Origin: a virus
Lineage: Duplodnaviria; Caudoviricetes
Strand: one strand, 5' to 3'
Virus record (IMG/VR): IMGVR_UViG_3300023259_000001
Coordinates: 1 to 64,000 of that record
Length of the DNA: 64,000 bases
The translations under genes and the position numbers were made by a program. The notes beneath the pieces were generated by a model. It did not search any database. It saw only the letters and a program-made list of their open reading frames with translations, and had not been told where the DNA came from. Shown one piece after another: positions 49,101-55,492 of the stretch; positions within the stretch are counted from its first letter, which is position 1; every line of letters begins with the position of its first letter.

Positions 49101-51606
49101 GGCGCTTGCCCGCGAAGTCGCCCAGATCCCATGGTGCCAGGGCATCATTCACCGTCGGCTCGACGCCGGCGTCGGTAGAGTCCGCTATCCGCCGCGCGGT
49201 CTGAAGTCCACGGGCCATAGGGGTGGCCTCGATGGAGGTGACGCCCTTGGTGTTCAGGCCCAGCTTGTCGGCGTCGGCTTCGCCCTTGGGGGTTAACGGC
49301 TTGTCGATGTTACCGGTAACAATGTCTTCAGTTTCCGGGTGATTCGCGCCTACAGCACCTTGGCCTGATACCCCGCTGCTTGCAGGTTGGCCGCCACCAG
49401 GTCCGCCTGGCTGCGCTCCGGGAAGTCCAGGTAATGCTCCGGACTGGTTCCCTGCTGGTAGAGCCGTTCCAAGTTGAGGAGTTGCTTGAGTTCCTGGAAC
49501 TGGTGGGGCTTGCGGAGGTTGCTGATCTGTAGTCGGATTGGCATTGGTTGCTCCGGGAGGCGTGACACTGGCCTGGAAGATATTCACAGGCAGGTTCATT
49601 TTAGCGATCTGCCCGCCGGGCTGGGTGTGCTCGAAGCGCACCATGCCATTGTCGACCGCCGTGACTTTGGCCGTTCCATTGGCCATGGGATAGGATTGGC
49701 CTACTTGGGGAGCGGCCAGCTTGCCGTTTTCCATGCCTGAGAGCATGGCGTCGAGGGGATCGGCGGTGAAAGCGCCTGGAGTTGGCGCTGGGTCCGCTTC
49801 GGGCGCGGCTCCGCCAGGCTTGGGTGCTGCACCATCCGGCTCCGCACCGAAGAACTCCGGATTGAGACGCTGGGACGCGCGCCCACGCCCAGGCAGAAAC
49901 GGCTCTGGACCAGCAGCCTCGGCGCCCTGCTGTTGCAAAGCCTGATTGGCGGCCTGCATGCGCTGCTGAAAGTCGGAAGAAAATTCCGGTAGCGGCCGGT
50001 TCCCGCCAGCAGTGGGAGGCGTACTGCTTCCGGGCACATTAAAGCCCTGGTCGTGTGCTGTGGAATTGGCGGCAGCTTCGATCTTGGCGCGCAGGCCATC
50101 GGCTACATCCTGGCCGTAGTCCTTGGCGAAACTTTGCCACTCCTGCTCGTAAATCTGCTGCTTCCCGGCGAGAGCATCCTGCAATGCCTGCGCGCGCACC
50201 TCGGGCGGCGCCATCCTGCCCGGCATCCCCTCAACTCCGGGCGCCGGCCTTACGCTGGCCGATTCGCTCATCGACGGGGCTTGGCCAGTTTTCAGGTAAT
50301 TGTCGTAGGTCCGCTGGTTCTCCTGGAGGTCGCGGAAGCGCTGCGCCTGCTCCTGAACGCCATCGAAAAAGTTCTCGGAGTGCATGGCGGCGTCCAGCAC
50401 GTCGCTGCCGCTCTGGCCTTGCTCCGGCACTTGCGCCCTGCGTTGCGCCAGGAGTTCGTTGATCTTTCCGGGAGGAGCACCGGCCTCCCCATAGCCGCGC
50501 ATCGTGTCATTGAACTGCCGCAACCAGGTTGAGGCGCTGGCTTCTTCAGGGCTGATCCCATTGCCGCCGTCGAGAAAGGTTTTCACATCGGCTGCGGTGC
50601 CTTGCTTTACGGTCTCGCCGTCCTGCACGACGCGCCAAAGGGCAGGCATGCGCGTGCCGCCGGCCATCGTCGGGGTTCCAGCGTATTCTAAGGTGGCTGG
50701 CTTCCCGGCATGGGTGATCGGGTAGCTGGTTTCGCCAAATGCCTGGCCGCCGCGCGACTCTGACTGAAACATCCTGTCGGCCAGTTCGTTGTGGGCGGCG
50801 AGGGCACCGTCCGCTGCATCCAGGACCTTGCCTACGGCGTGCCCGGCGACACCCAAACCCACAACCGTGCCGGCGAGGTCCGAGTACTCTGGCGCGATGC
50901 CAGCCGCCTTCATAGCTTGCGAAGTCGCGTAGCTGGCCAGCATCGTGCGCGCTACGCCCGCGACGGTGGCAGCCGGGGCCATTACCAGGCCAGCCGGGAT
51001 AGCGACGGGCGCGGCAAGATTCATCGCTCCGCTGAGCACGTCCTCCAGCCCCTTCGCGCCTTGCTTCGACTGCTCTGCCGTCAACGGCGGCTTCGCGGCC
51101 ACGTCGGGGTTGTAGCCCGCGCCGTACTCGGGGCCCGCCGTCTGGCCGATATAGCTGGACAGGGCCTTAACCGGTCCTGCGAGTGCCTGCACGCCATGCA
51201 CTACGCGTTCCGCATTAGGAAGGACCTCGAATCCGGTATCTACCTGGCCGCTTGGTACCGGAGTTTCCTCGGCCGCTCCGTGCCAGTGCGCCATGTATGG
51301 CCCAGTCAAGCCCGGCGTCGCCGGCCGCGGCACCCCTGGAGGCGGTACGGTTTGCGACGGCGCAACGCCGGTCGGGAAATCGCCGGCTTCTTCGGCGCCT
51401 TCACGCTCGCCCCGCTCCATGGCGGTTTGTAATTCTGCTGGCGTGCTGCGCTGGACGGCTTGGTCTACGGAGGGATATGCGGGTTGGGCGGGCTTCGCCC
51501 CAGGCATGCTTGAAAGCATGTCGTCCAGAGCGTCGGATTGAGGGGGTGATGCGGGCGCCGCCGAAGGTTTAAGGGTGTCCAGCAGCGCGTCGAGTTGATC
51601 GGCCAT
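37123..51606 (-). CDS. Giant polyvalent ejection protein (gp16 position): histidine phosphatase, 2H phosphoesterase, SH3-like modules, DarB-like N6-adenine MTase plus SNF2 helicase
   Basis: FLEPAMGVGHF, SNVPFG, HVVGAGKT, FVDEAD, ATGTP, WRPRDIEQREGRILRQGN; HITV and HVTI; RHADT. Confidence 0.9.
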   Translation of the reverse strand: MADQLDALLDTLKPSAAPASPPQSDALDDMLSSMPGAKPAQPAYPSVDQAVQRSTPAELQTAMERGEREGAEEAGDFPTGVAPSQTVPPPGVPRPATPGLTGPYMAHWHGAAEETPVPSGQVDTGFEVLPNAERVVHGVQALAGPVKALSSYIGQTAGPEYGAGYNPDVAAKPPLTAEQSKQGAKGLEDVLSGAMNLAAPVAIPAGLVMAPAATVAGVARTMLASYATSQAMKAAGIAPEYSDLAGTVVGLGVAGHAVGKVLDAADGALAAHNELADRMFQSESRGGQAFGETSYPITHAGKPATLEYAGTPTMAGGTRMPALWRVVQDGETVKQGTAADVKTFLDGGNGISPEEASASTWLRQFNDTMRGYGEAGAPPGKINELLAQRRAQVPEQGQSGSDVLDAAMHSENFFDGVQEQAQRFRDLQENQRTYDNYLKTGQAPSMSESASVRPAPGVEGMPGRMAPPEVRAQALQDALAGKQQIYEQEWQSFAKDYGQDVADGLRAKIEAAANSTAHDQGFNVPGSSTPPTAGGNRPLPEFSSDFQQRMQAANQALQQQGAEAAGPEPFLPGRGRASQRLNPEFFGAEPDGAAPKPGGAAPEADPAPTPGAFTADPLDAMLSGMENGKLAAPQVGQSYPMANGTAKVTAVDNGMVRFEHTQPGGQIAKMNLPVNIFQASVTPPGATNANPTTDQQPPQAPPVPGTQATPQLGTALPAGNQSGALPGLPGAQPGGPGGGQPASSGVSGQGAVGANHPETEDIVTGNIDKPLTPKGEADADKLGLNTKGVTSIEATPMARGLQTARRIADSTDAGVEPTVNDALAPWDLGDFAGKRQSDVNPQINDYIANKPDEAVPGGESFNDFRGRFIGGLQQAIDSWRPGERPLLLTHSIGVHTAQAWFANGAPASGEISTPAMLQRQHMGPTAMWRIDPQAMEMTPVANTSQDGVFIARHADTAWDNLPKSPPTNQVAPTSLPTTPAAEPVPGQASYVAAAPVAAAPVAGRPVAAPVSQAAPSTSVQFPAAPQSVIPADALGEEGGAGKKPEVSSPQAASNEPAPKFDFASTQANLSGPASKAVVNFGKTIPAKKLAADGREAQPHITVKFGLHGEDPAEVQKLLANEGPITATLGKASLFQTPDADVLKVDVESPDLHRLNSIVSQLPHTDTHPSYQPHVTIAYLKPGEGKQYDGLSVPGVTGQQVKLDTVSFSDKNGKQTDIKLEGKPAGFQEGDRVSFTRNGKQLTGTIRSIEPNRFDQAAQKWVPDENGGTVDIDTDQIAHAGGVPIGRIEAYVPVSQVKKLEPAGGAAATPEPQPVAANRLNLEFTPQADAALQAHFKTPDAYYEAIRFAQKSAKAFIDGEPARLEDVAGKRGADQRRAQIKAGTEEARKNYEGRYKEIDKQLRSVAPGAVRTYASQRMRAEVEDHIPQLIPAPEQFRTFWEGLRTGDKVKVPDGSLTIQEETAFLMQPIMPGGPGGKWAPIGGGTREVYNITAKMPDDSVQKFDREQFEQYLYRGAAPEVVPAGGAAATTAAATPDLSPAAGPAQIAIKGNTFPVKALIRQTVQGVHWNKEEKAWIAPDTPENRAAIKKFKGVTAEPFGQAAPTQKPPATEQLPSMAGFQEATAHPAGPSQGGVRSDMQPVALPPQLSKVLSVPGIAPTPENQPIMEADATPGPATREPVAGTEPVSGGANAPQGEPGEAGLSGPGEIRGGAVEPSAERPGTQPGERAGGRGIAATPRTSPTGDRPADYRITPEDHVGEGGIRQKANDNLEAIRALKRVEAEGRYATPEEQKILVKYVGWGGMPQPFADWGIPREWQGVRAEMDALLTPEEFQSARASTPNAHYTSPLVISKIWDAVRRLGVRDNSSFLEPAMGVGHFYGLMPEDLAEGSRRTGIELDSLSGRISKLLYPETDVHVAGFETVRLPGNFFDAAVSNVPFGNYAIHDPAFKRNPVVTRSIHDYFFAKALDKVRPGGLVAFITSNFTMDKRDGTVRQYLASQADLLGAIRLPNTAFKGNAGTEVTTDIIFLQKRGPGDKPKGEGWTALSEIQGNTERPDGSIGKTTMEVNEYYARHPEMMLGQMGLLGTMYADKSAALTGELTPELLDAAIAKLPENAVHAWEAPDEQSGPVSFADQATVKDGAYALDDNKQLVMRHGDRLVPATNPEWQAKRIKGMIEVRDALREVFRTQIQNAPEPEIKKAIRQLNTVYDHFVAKNGYLSAPQNISAFRGDPDAPVLLSLEQWDAEAKKAEKAPVFRERTVSPAKRIDSAGSAKEALAISLNEKGRIDWMRMQDLTGRTPAEMQAELGPIIYQNPNGNRWETQEEYLSGNVRQKLAEARTVAGQPAMGQQFQRNVDALEAVQPKDLQPEDIEAKMGSSWIPAPYIQQYIAELLGVSPRNVDVSHSEALATWTVKPDRWGANNVANSKTYGTDRFSATDLIEQALNMKTPTAYDIIGSGADTKTVINEKETLAAREMQQQLKDRFRGWAWQDPERAETLGRLYNDEFNSLRLREYDGSHLELPGMAANIKLRPHQKNAVWRIISSGGNTLLAHVVGAGKTYEMIGGAMELRRLGLSKKPLMVVPKNRVEPTGAEFLAMYPGANVLVMAPEQFTAANRAKVMARIATGNWDSVIVSYESFEKLPVSDETFNSYLRDQIADLENYLLEMKAEKADAKLVKQMEKSKKSLEAKLRGKADREAKDTGIGFEELGVDSLFVDEADNFKNLFFPTKMTRVRGLPNTESKRAFDMFIKTQTIAKRNGGRGIVFATGTPVANTMAEMWTMQRYLQPDYLREHGLQHFDAWANTFGEVVPTLEVSPDASGFRMTNRFAKFVNIPELVSGFRLMADVQTASMLKLPVPRLKGGQRTTIAAPASPAQTAYLKDLAARANDIKSGKVKDPRIDNMLKVSTDGRKSALDMRLVDPGEEDFRDSKTNKAVDQIVRIWKDSKANRSAQLVFLDFSKPAEPGQKHKFSVYDDVKAKLIARGIPAKEVAFIHDATGTEEAAQLSHDVNSGRIRVLMGSTQKMGVGLNVQKRLIALHHLDAPWRPRDIEQREGRILRQGNENPEVEIYQYVTEPSFDAKMWDTLKTKAQFIGQVIRGEVSIRTADDVADSALTYAEVAAIASGNPAIREKTVIDAEVRKLDAMRSRHDKQQADLKRESASLPLRIRAEQQALAKFQGDIALREQSPAEFAVGKRTFAGEDARKNAAAAIAKVLNAAKDSREPIAFGNYRGFTLETRYRQPGMTTRGLEPQPLPDIEIKGNWSYSANTNPDAPLGTLASIESAIRNIDRHAEAAQSNITDTQRKLADTNDLLGKPFEQDAKLKNLLQRQAALAKELQTDAADQQAAAAELAEPAAAEEAAGEQGPSSTAPEGLPATGTDVTAANLWQSERAILERPKLEQSPVHLGHQPFFRSADAKYEALIPGTPGLVYLNEAARTIVMAAFQRAGYNAPDFDGLTVGHIVARDLEKTLTAFAATDSEPDAAARIERIRDAVASSRAATGPLVLLDGDLPAARLRDARIEEEFHRQQILRGRGDIEKDHVDPASLAGDPLAQTAVNAVLAKRPALTLPQAYAEVGGTLAREGYGELGLTRSEGVKLFRAYHTELVRKHGEPMRGIIKYVRPRYAKEILAGAGEDYPAANPMVPGTPPASGGTEALAIPRTGQRSAYQPSSLTPEGLPATGTHVTAAASNKNLSRGPTRIESKQSSRLRDLFKTPEDTTDSTESKQGGPGLWISPQGKAIPLTGENGIATHGQTAMKITGAADARTATAKLLDQGYIRVRGGSVQTGKAPVSFDSRLSSALQAAKAGAPGQDIHIDTPEGMAVVPPHETGQFLANPQAYLQPSGTNLLRGEYGGTPADAPWIKRGNAAGWPSSPKEFMWAIKPDGEVASKERTAFINHPDWFEQIGLPSYGPKFDKIQRGTALISTKGEVEIDTLSHDVLSVGVAPKEVYAHFAKQWANKWPGAASAIGGPANSGERGSAPMLTDLTDALVRKFGKDDAPKANYSSMGGLKRILQPGQSLAEVENASSKVFEAALRTGGSMSQASTVLHSAMPAIMKALKGSPVTWDTLATAYDQSRLDGIQDRWNGFADQAAEMTEEDLKDFVYGKYSSERPNPTLQLLSNIEGRAGLAQDLGQTAAALAEAKDWDTLREFLENTFHDAAERVQRVMPAPAFDHVRGLIKSNPGVAAAHQIYKDQVEAVMAQNHALNEGVFSDALGPLDTYYPLIPVDKQTMAGPGRRLPYHPPKNIANAFATGLSSGGYSVHMEDFARRLASAIRANDKATLIKTLRETAWLKPQPGNWDGTFKGPDGEVREGAQVETGQARLVIQNGKVTHIPASFGVMPKFMERGLRPILAKEPSDPNDVAKMMAWANMLATKGPYEFLFHSAGVMGALYSNTPFLGNSGLDKALSLPLIKWAAIRGKLLATDPTTPENIAKLQKMAQAGAMPARSGKVTYSKEFAEATGAKVERASFGPLLFGPKGLDARARILMHDIFTAAFPAEEQTPSNLYHFVNQLGNYTPEFQGEIEKFIKRIGMGPFATAGMTRMVNAVDSYTGAPLAAGGKGPYGKMTPEARAWMWAASSMMAVALWVIGYKLLTGNWPLEDKRAKLFSIPVGGGNGYIDQYRHSKLGNAMWGTGPEVGYLNFDWYNPLPARGARLFGVPQLFQTMQGGGTGAQMAQSAFSDISNSLAHPMEGPASHAMFVLGSGLLGQGYEPYVEPGPKLMPATSNTRKPGFMGGLMPALSSAPAQKHAGYASEVGATIGASIRELNAFYGDVGEHTGFLGSDKGRVGNAWWRMAADLNPVTQGIVQNASSPEKREKALRREAAGH

Positions 51607-53588
51607 TACTGGAGCAGTCCCTTTTGGCGGGCCAAGGATACCGCGGCGTTTTCGTCCAGGCCGCGTGTACGGGCACGCGCGCGGATGTCAGCCTCGGCAT
51701 AGCGTTGGGGAGGCGGTGGGGTCTGGCCGCTGGGCGCGGCTGCTGCCGGGGCTGCCGGCTTGGCGCCTGGCGCGGAGTTACCCCAGCCATGTTTGGCTTG
51801 CAGCTCGTCGGATTGCTGCTGTGAATCGAGCGCTTGCTGGCGCGCGGTCTCCGAGCCGGCGCGCAGTTCGTCGCGTACTGGATTGGAGTGATTGTATTTG
51901 GAGTCCAGGGTGTCTGCCGGCATCGTGCGCGTAGTGCCGGTTCTCGGGTCTGAATACTGGCTACCTGCGGGCGTAGATGCCGCGATCTCCATTTTCCTGT
52001 TGAGGCCCCATGCTTGATTGGCAGCGGCCTGCGCCTTGTTTTTTGCCAAGAGGTCCTGGCGGACTCCGGACTGATTGTTGGCCGCCCGGTCTGCCGCGAT
52101 TCCGGCCATCATAGAATGGGTGTCGGCGTTCTGCTGCCCTTGCTGCACACGGGCATCGCCTTGCGCTATCCGGGCGTCGCGCGCTTCCGCGCTCTCTGTC
52201 TGTGTGCCTGTCATGCCGGATCGGATGATCTGGTCGCGATCAGTCGGGCTCTCCGGGAAGAATCGTTTGAGATCTGGGGCGAGCTGGTTTCGCGCGGCGG
52301 TGTAGTTCGCCCGATCTGAGGGCGTGGCCAAGCTGGGATCGACCTGGCCGGGGCCCATAGCGTCCTGGTCTTTGTCGAATGCCGTCGCCAGCAGGGGGCC
52401 AGTCATTTGCAGTCTGCCCTGCAGATCGCGGGTTTGATCTTGCGGGGGGATAAGCGCTTGCTGTGCGGCTGCGCGCGCTTGGTCGCTGTATTGGACAATC
52501 GGTACACCGTTCTTCGCCACGAGCATTTGGCCGTTGGCGTCGCGCGCCACGGGAAACAGATTCCCAATCATCTCATTAGGGACGCCTCCCTGCTTCGCCA
52601 GCAACACCTGATGGTTCAGATCGTCCTGGGTTGGGCTGGAAGCTACGGCGGTCCGCCCGAATTTCGTCTGATCTTCGACGGTCTTCAGGTTGCCCTGCAC
52701 AGCTTCCTGGGTGTTCTTCAGAAGGTTCACGGCATTAGCCGCTACTCTTTGTGCATCTGGATTGGAGTCGAATAGGTGGCCGGCCCAATCTGCGGGCTTG
52801 CCCAGGCCGCCGGCTCCCGTATCCGTGTACTGATTCGGTAATTGGGCCTCGGTGAACATCTTGCCGTTCGGGCCTGGGCCGGGCAGTGTCAGCAGTTGAT
52901 TGCGTGTCTGACGCCAGGACTCCTGTAACTGGGTTGGATCGGGATTCTGGCCGCGCACCGCGGTAGCGAACGGGGTGACAATCTGCGCGACGTTGTTCGC
53001 ATTGGACGCCCAGTTCTTGGTGGCTTCCTGCTGCTGGGTGAGCGCGGCGGTTTCGTTGGCGCGTTGATCGGCGCGCAGCTTATAGAACTGCGGCCCCCAC
53101 CCGCCGGCTACCGCTCCGCGTTCGACGGCATTCCAGTCGGTGACAGGATAGCCGTGGATGTCTCCGATCTGGTGCTGGGCGGCTGCGGCCTTGTACTGTG
53201 CATCGCTGGTGGGGCCTGCCTGGACTGGAGTCGCCGGTCCGGCTTCGCCGCCAAAGTCGCCAAACGGGGCGACGGCCGCGGCCATGCTGCTGTTCGCTGC
53301 GGGAGGCACCGTGGGCTGTTGCGTGTTCGCGGCGATCAGGCCTGCGAGGCCGGGCCCGGAGCCTAAGTCCCGCTGGCGTTCCTGCGCCAACAGGTTCTGA
53401 TTTTGCACCTCAGCCTGCGTGAGTTGGCGACGCGCCATGGCATCCTGCAAACTCACCATCTGCCCCACGTATTGCGCGGCAGAGGGAAACTGCGGGATCT
53501 TCACATCAAGCGGGATGGACGAGTAGCTTCCGCCTCCGCCGTAACCTCCGCCGTATCCACCACCACCGTAACCGCCACCTGGAAACAT
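51606..53588 (-). CDS. Ejection (DNA transfer) protein, gp20 position; GGGY-rich N-terminus
   Basis: Gln/Ala-rich; between the gp7-like gene and the giant; TAATG coupling to the giant. Confidence 0.7.
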   Translation of the reverse strand: MFPGGGYGGGGYGGGYGGGGSYSSIPLDVKIPQFPSAAQYVGQMVSLQDAMARRQLTQAEVQNQNLLAQERQRDLGSGPGLAGLIAANTQQPTVPPAANSSMAAAVAPFGDFGGEAGPATPVQAGPTSDAQYKAAAAQHQIGDIHGYPVTDWNAVERGAVAGGWGPQFYKLRADQRANETAALTQQQEATKNWASNANNVAQIVTPFATAVRGQNPDPTQLQESWRQTRNQLLTLPGPGPNGKMFTEAQLPNQYTDTGAGGLGKPADWAGHLFDSNPDAQRVAANAVNLLKNTQEAVQGNLKTVEDQTKFGRTAVASSPTQDDLNHQVLLAKQGGVPNEMIGNLFPVARDANGQMLVAKNGVPIVQYSDQARAAAQQALIPPQDQTRDLQGRLQMTGPLLATAFDKDQDAMGPGQVDPSLATPSDRANYTAARNQLAPDLKRFFPESPTDRDQIIRSGMTGTQTESAEARDARIAQGDARVQQGQQNADTHSMMAGIAADRAANNQSGVRQDLLAKNKAQAAANQAWGLNRKMEIAASTPAGSQYSDPRTGTTRTMPADTLDSKYNHSNPVRDELRAGSETARQQALDSQQQSDELQAKHGWGNSAPGAKPAAPAAAAPSGQTPPPPQRYAEADIRARARTRGLDENAAVSLARQKGLLQ

Positions 53589-53615
53589 TGTTGAGACTCC
53601 TGGAAAATGATCCTA

Positions 53616-53667
53616 AATCTGGAACCAGCGATCCGGCGCGGATGCGACGGGCGCGGCATCAAACAAT
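53616..53667 (-). repeat. 52-bp inverted repeat, right copy
   Basis: aatctggaaccagcgatccggcgcggatgcgacgggcgcggcatcaaacaat. Confidence 0.95.
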
Positions 53668-53677
53668 CAGCTTTGTT

Positions 53678-54673
53678 CTACGGGTAAGCTGGTGCTGAAG
53701 GCGCGGCTATTCCAAGATTGTTATATGCCCCGCCGGTGTAATTGATCGGCTGGCTGATAGTAGGAGAGGTGCCCGTGTACATTCCCGGCATCTGGAATCC
53801 AGACCCCCAGTCCGAAGTCATCCCGCCACCGGTTCCTGCCATTGGCACGCTATTGTAGGAATTTCCTCCGCCCATGGAGTTCTGGTACATTTGCGACATT
53901 CCATAACCCCCAATTGCGTTAGAGGTTCCTGGCAGAATCGAGCTATAGGCATTCGACTGTCCCACAATGCCCGACGCCTGCGCTCCGGCGCCTTGCATCA
54001 AGTACTGCTGTGCTTGGTTGGTCCCTTGCAGCCCCAGGTTGGCGCTGCCCATTGCCAGTTGGTTGCCCTGTCCCGCTTGCGTGGTGCCGAGTTGGTTGGC
54101 CTGCTGCGTTCCAAACTGCCCCGCGCCCAGCAGAGACGTGAGGTTTTGCATGGTGTTGGATCTGTTCGTTTGGAACGAGGTGAGAGCTTGGTTGTACGCG
54201 GTATTGTACTGGTTTGCCGCGAGGCCGGAAGTAAATTGCGCCAGCGACTTCTGCGTCCCGGTGCCCAACGCGCCTCCAGTTGCCGCCGCTGATCGCTGGA
54301 TTCCTTGCGTGCCCTGCTGCAAATTGAACTGATATGCGGGGTTCGAAGCGATCTGCGAAGGGTCGAAACTGAACTGCTGGGAGAGGGAGCCGCCTGGTGC
54401 TACCGCCGACATCAGGCTGTTCGCGCCTTGCGTTCCAGCTTGGAGGTACGGATTCAGATTCGCGTTGAGCGGCTGGTAAATGCCGTTCATCGTGTTGTTC
54501 TGATTGGCGATCAATCCCTGGCCGGCAGTGGTGGCGTTGTTCACCGCCGTACCGCTGGCCTGGCCCTGCTTCTGCAAGACGCCGGCGGCGTTCTTGGCGG
54601 CTTTACCGCCGAAGATTCCGGATAAGATGCTGCCGACGCCGCCGATGCCAGCGGATATGGCCATGATGGGCAT
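53678..54673 (-). CDS. DNA transfer/pilot protein, P22 gp7-like
   Basis: Hydrophobic Gly/Ala N-terminus, PYLQAG, NPAYQFNLQQG..RSAAATGG. Confidence 0.85.
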   Translation of the reverse strand: MPIMAISAGIGGVGSILSGIFGGKAAKNAAGVLQKQGQASGTAVNNATTAGQGLIANQNNTMNGIYQPLNANLNPYLQAGTQGANSLMSAVAPGGSLSQQFSFDPSQIASNPAYQFNLQQGTQGIQRSAAATGGALGTGTQKSLAQFTSGLAANQYNTAYNQALTSFQTNRSNTMQNLTSLLGAGQFGTQQANQLGTTQAGQGNQLAMGSANLGLQGTNQAQQYLMQGAGAQASGIVGQSNAYSSILPGTSNAIGGYGMSQMYQNSMGGGNSYNSVPMAGTGGGMTSDWGSGFQMPGMYTGTSPTISQPINYTGGAYNNLGIAAPSAPAYP

Positions 54674-54733
54674 AGAGGTTTCCTTGGGGGGAGGTGTGAG
54701 TTTTGCGGGGCTGGGGTGCTATTGTTGGGTTAA

Positions 54734-54916
54734 ATGATGCCCAAATCGCTATCGCCGGAAGAGATGCAGTTTTGGCAGGCGGTCTTCCTCAAGGCCATGG
54801 CACTCGGCCCGTGGCCCTCCCTAGCGGTGATTGACGCCACGGAATACGCGGACGCCGCGGTCAATGCCCGGCGCCAACGATTCTCGCGAGATCCAGGCAT
54901 GCTCGGCGACGGCTGA
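54734..54916 (+). CDS. Small antisense-oriented hypothetical protein
   Basis: 60-aa ORF filling the intergenic gap; FWQAVF..YADAAV..RR.RF pattern. Confidence 0.5.
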   Translation: MMPKSLSPEEMQFWQAVFLKAMALGPWPSLAVIDATEYADAAVNARRQRFSRDPGMLGDG

Positions 54917-54919
54917 AAG

Positions 54920-55492
54920 CTATTCGCCGAAGTGATTGGGCAACAGCAGCGTGTGCGGATCGAACGGCGCGATCTTCGGCCGCGCCTTCTGGCGCTCGAG
55001 CGCGAGGTCGGCGGCGATGGCGTCAATCTCTTCGCGTGTGAGGTCGCAGCCGGGCAGCCAGTCGGCTACGGACGCAATTACCACCCAGAGCTTGGCGCGG
55101 ATTTCGCAAAACGGGATGTGCAGTACCGCGCCAACGTCCTTGGGCATGCCGTCCATCTGCGCGACGTGCGCCTCCGTCAGCGCCCGGTGCAGCCAGCGGT
55201 CGCCGTCCGGAACCTGAAATGCCCGGTACGCGGACGCCAGCGCCTCCTCGATGTCGCGGTACGAGTACAGCGCGATCGCCCCGCCGTCGCGGAGCAGTTC
55301 CTTCTCGCGGTGGCAGAGCCACGGCACCTTGTAGACGGCCCAGCCGCCCCGTGGGCGCTCAGGTGGGCGGTGGGGAGGCTCGTAGTAGCCGGCGCGCTCT
55401 CCAATGCCGCGCAGTTCGACGATCGCGGAGGCGATCTGGTAGAGGACGGTGGACCCGCTCCGGATCATGCCGCAGCAGAGGATCACGCTCAC
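54920..55492 (-). CDS. Sulfotransferase-family protein
   Basis: PAPS-binding loop CGMIRSGST and YSYRD..ALAS; GTGA overlap with the GNAT stop. Confidence 0.75.
   Translation of the reverse strand: MSVILCCGMIRSGSTVLYQIASAIVELRGIGERAGYYEPPHRPPERPRGGWAVYKVPWLCHREKELLRDGGAIALYSYRDIEEALASAYRAFQVPDGDRWLHRALTEAHVAQMDGMPKDVGAVLHIPFCEIRAKLWVVIASVADWLPGCDLTREEIDAIAADLALERQKARPKIAPFDPHTLLLPNHFGE

Noticed and set aside
38075-51572. Long plus-strand ORFs opposite the giant (e.g. 38884-39846, 42169-43476, 46717-47616)
   Set aside because: Antisense shadows of a GC-rich coding strand with no recognisable motifs
37059-53667. Diversity-generating retroelement TR/VR pair
   Set aside because: No reverse transcriptase in the window, and the repeat mismatches are not adenine-specific
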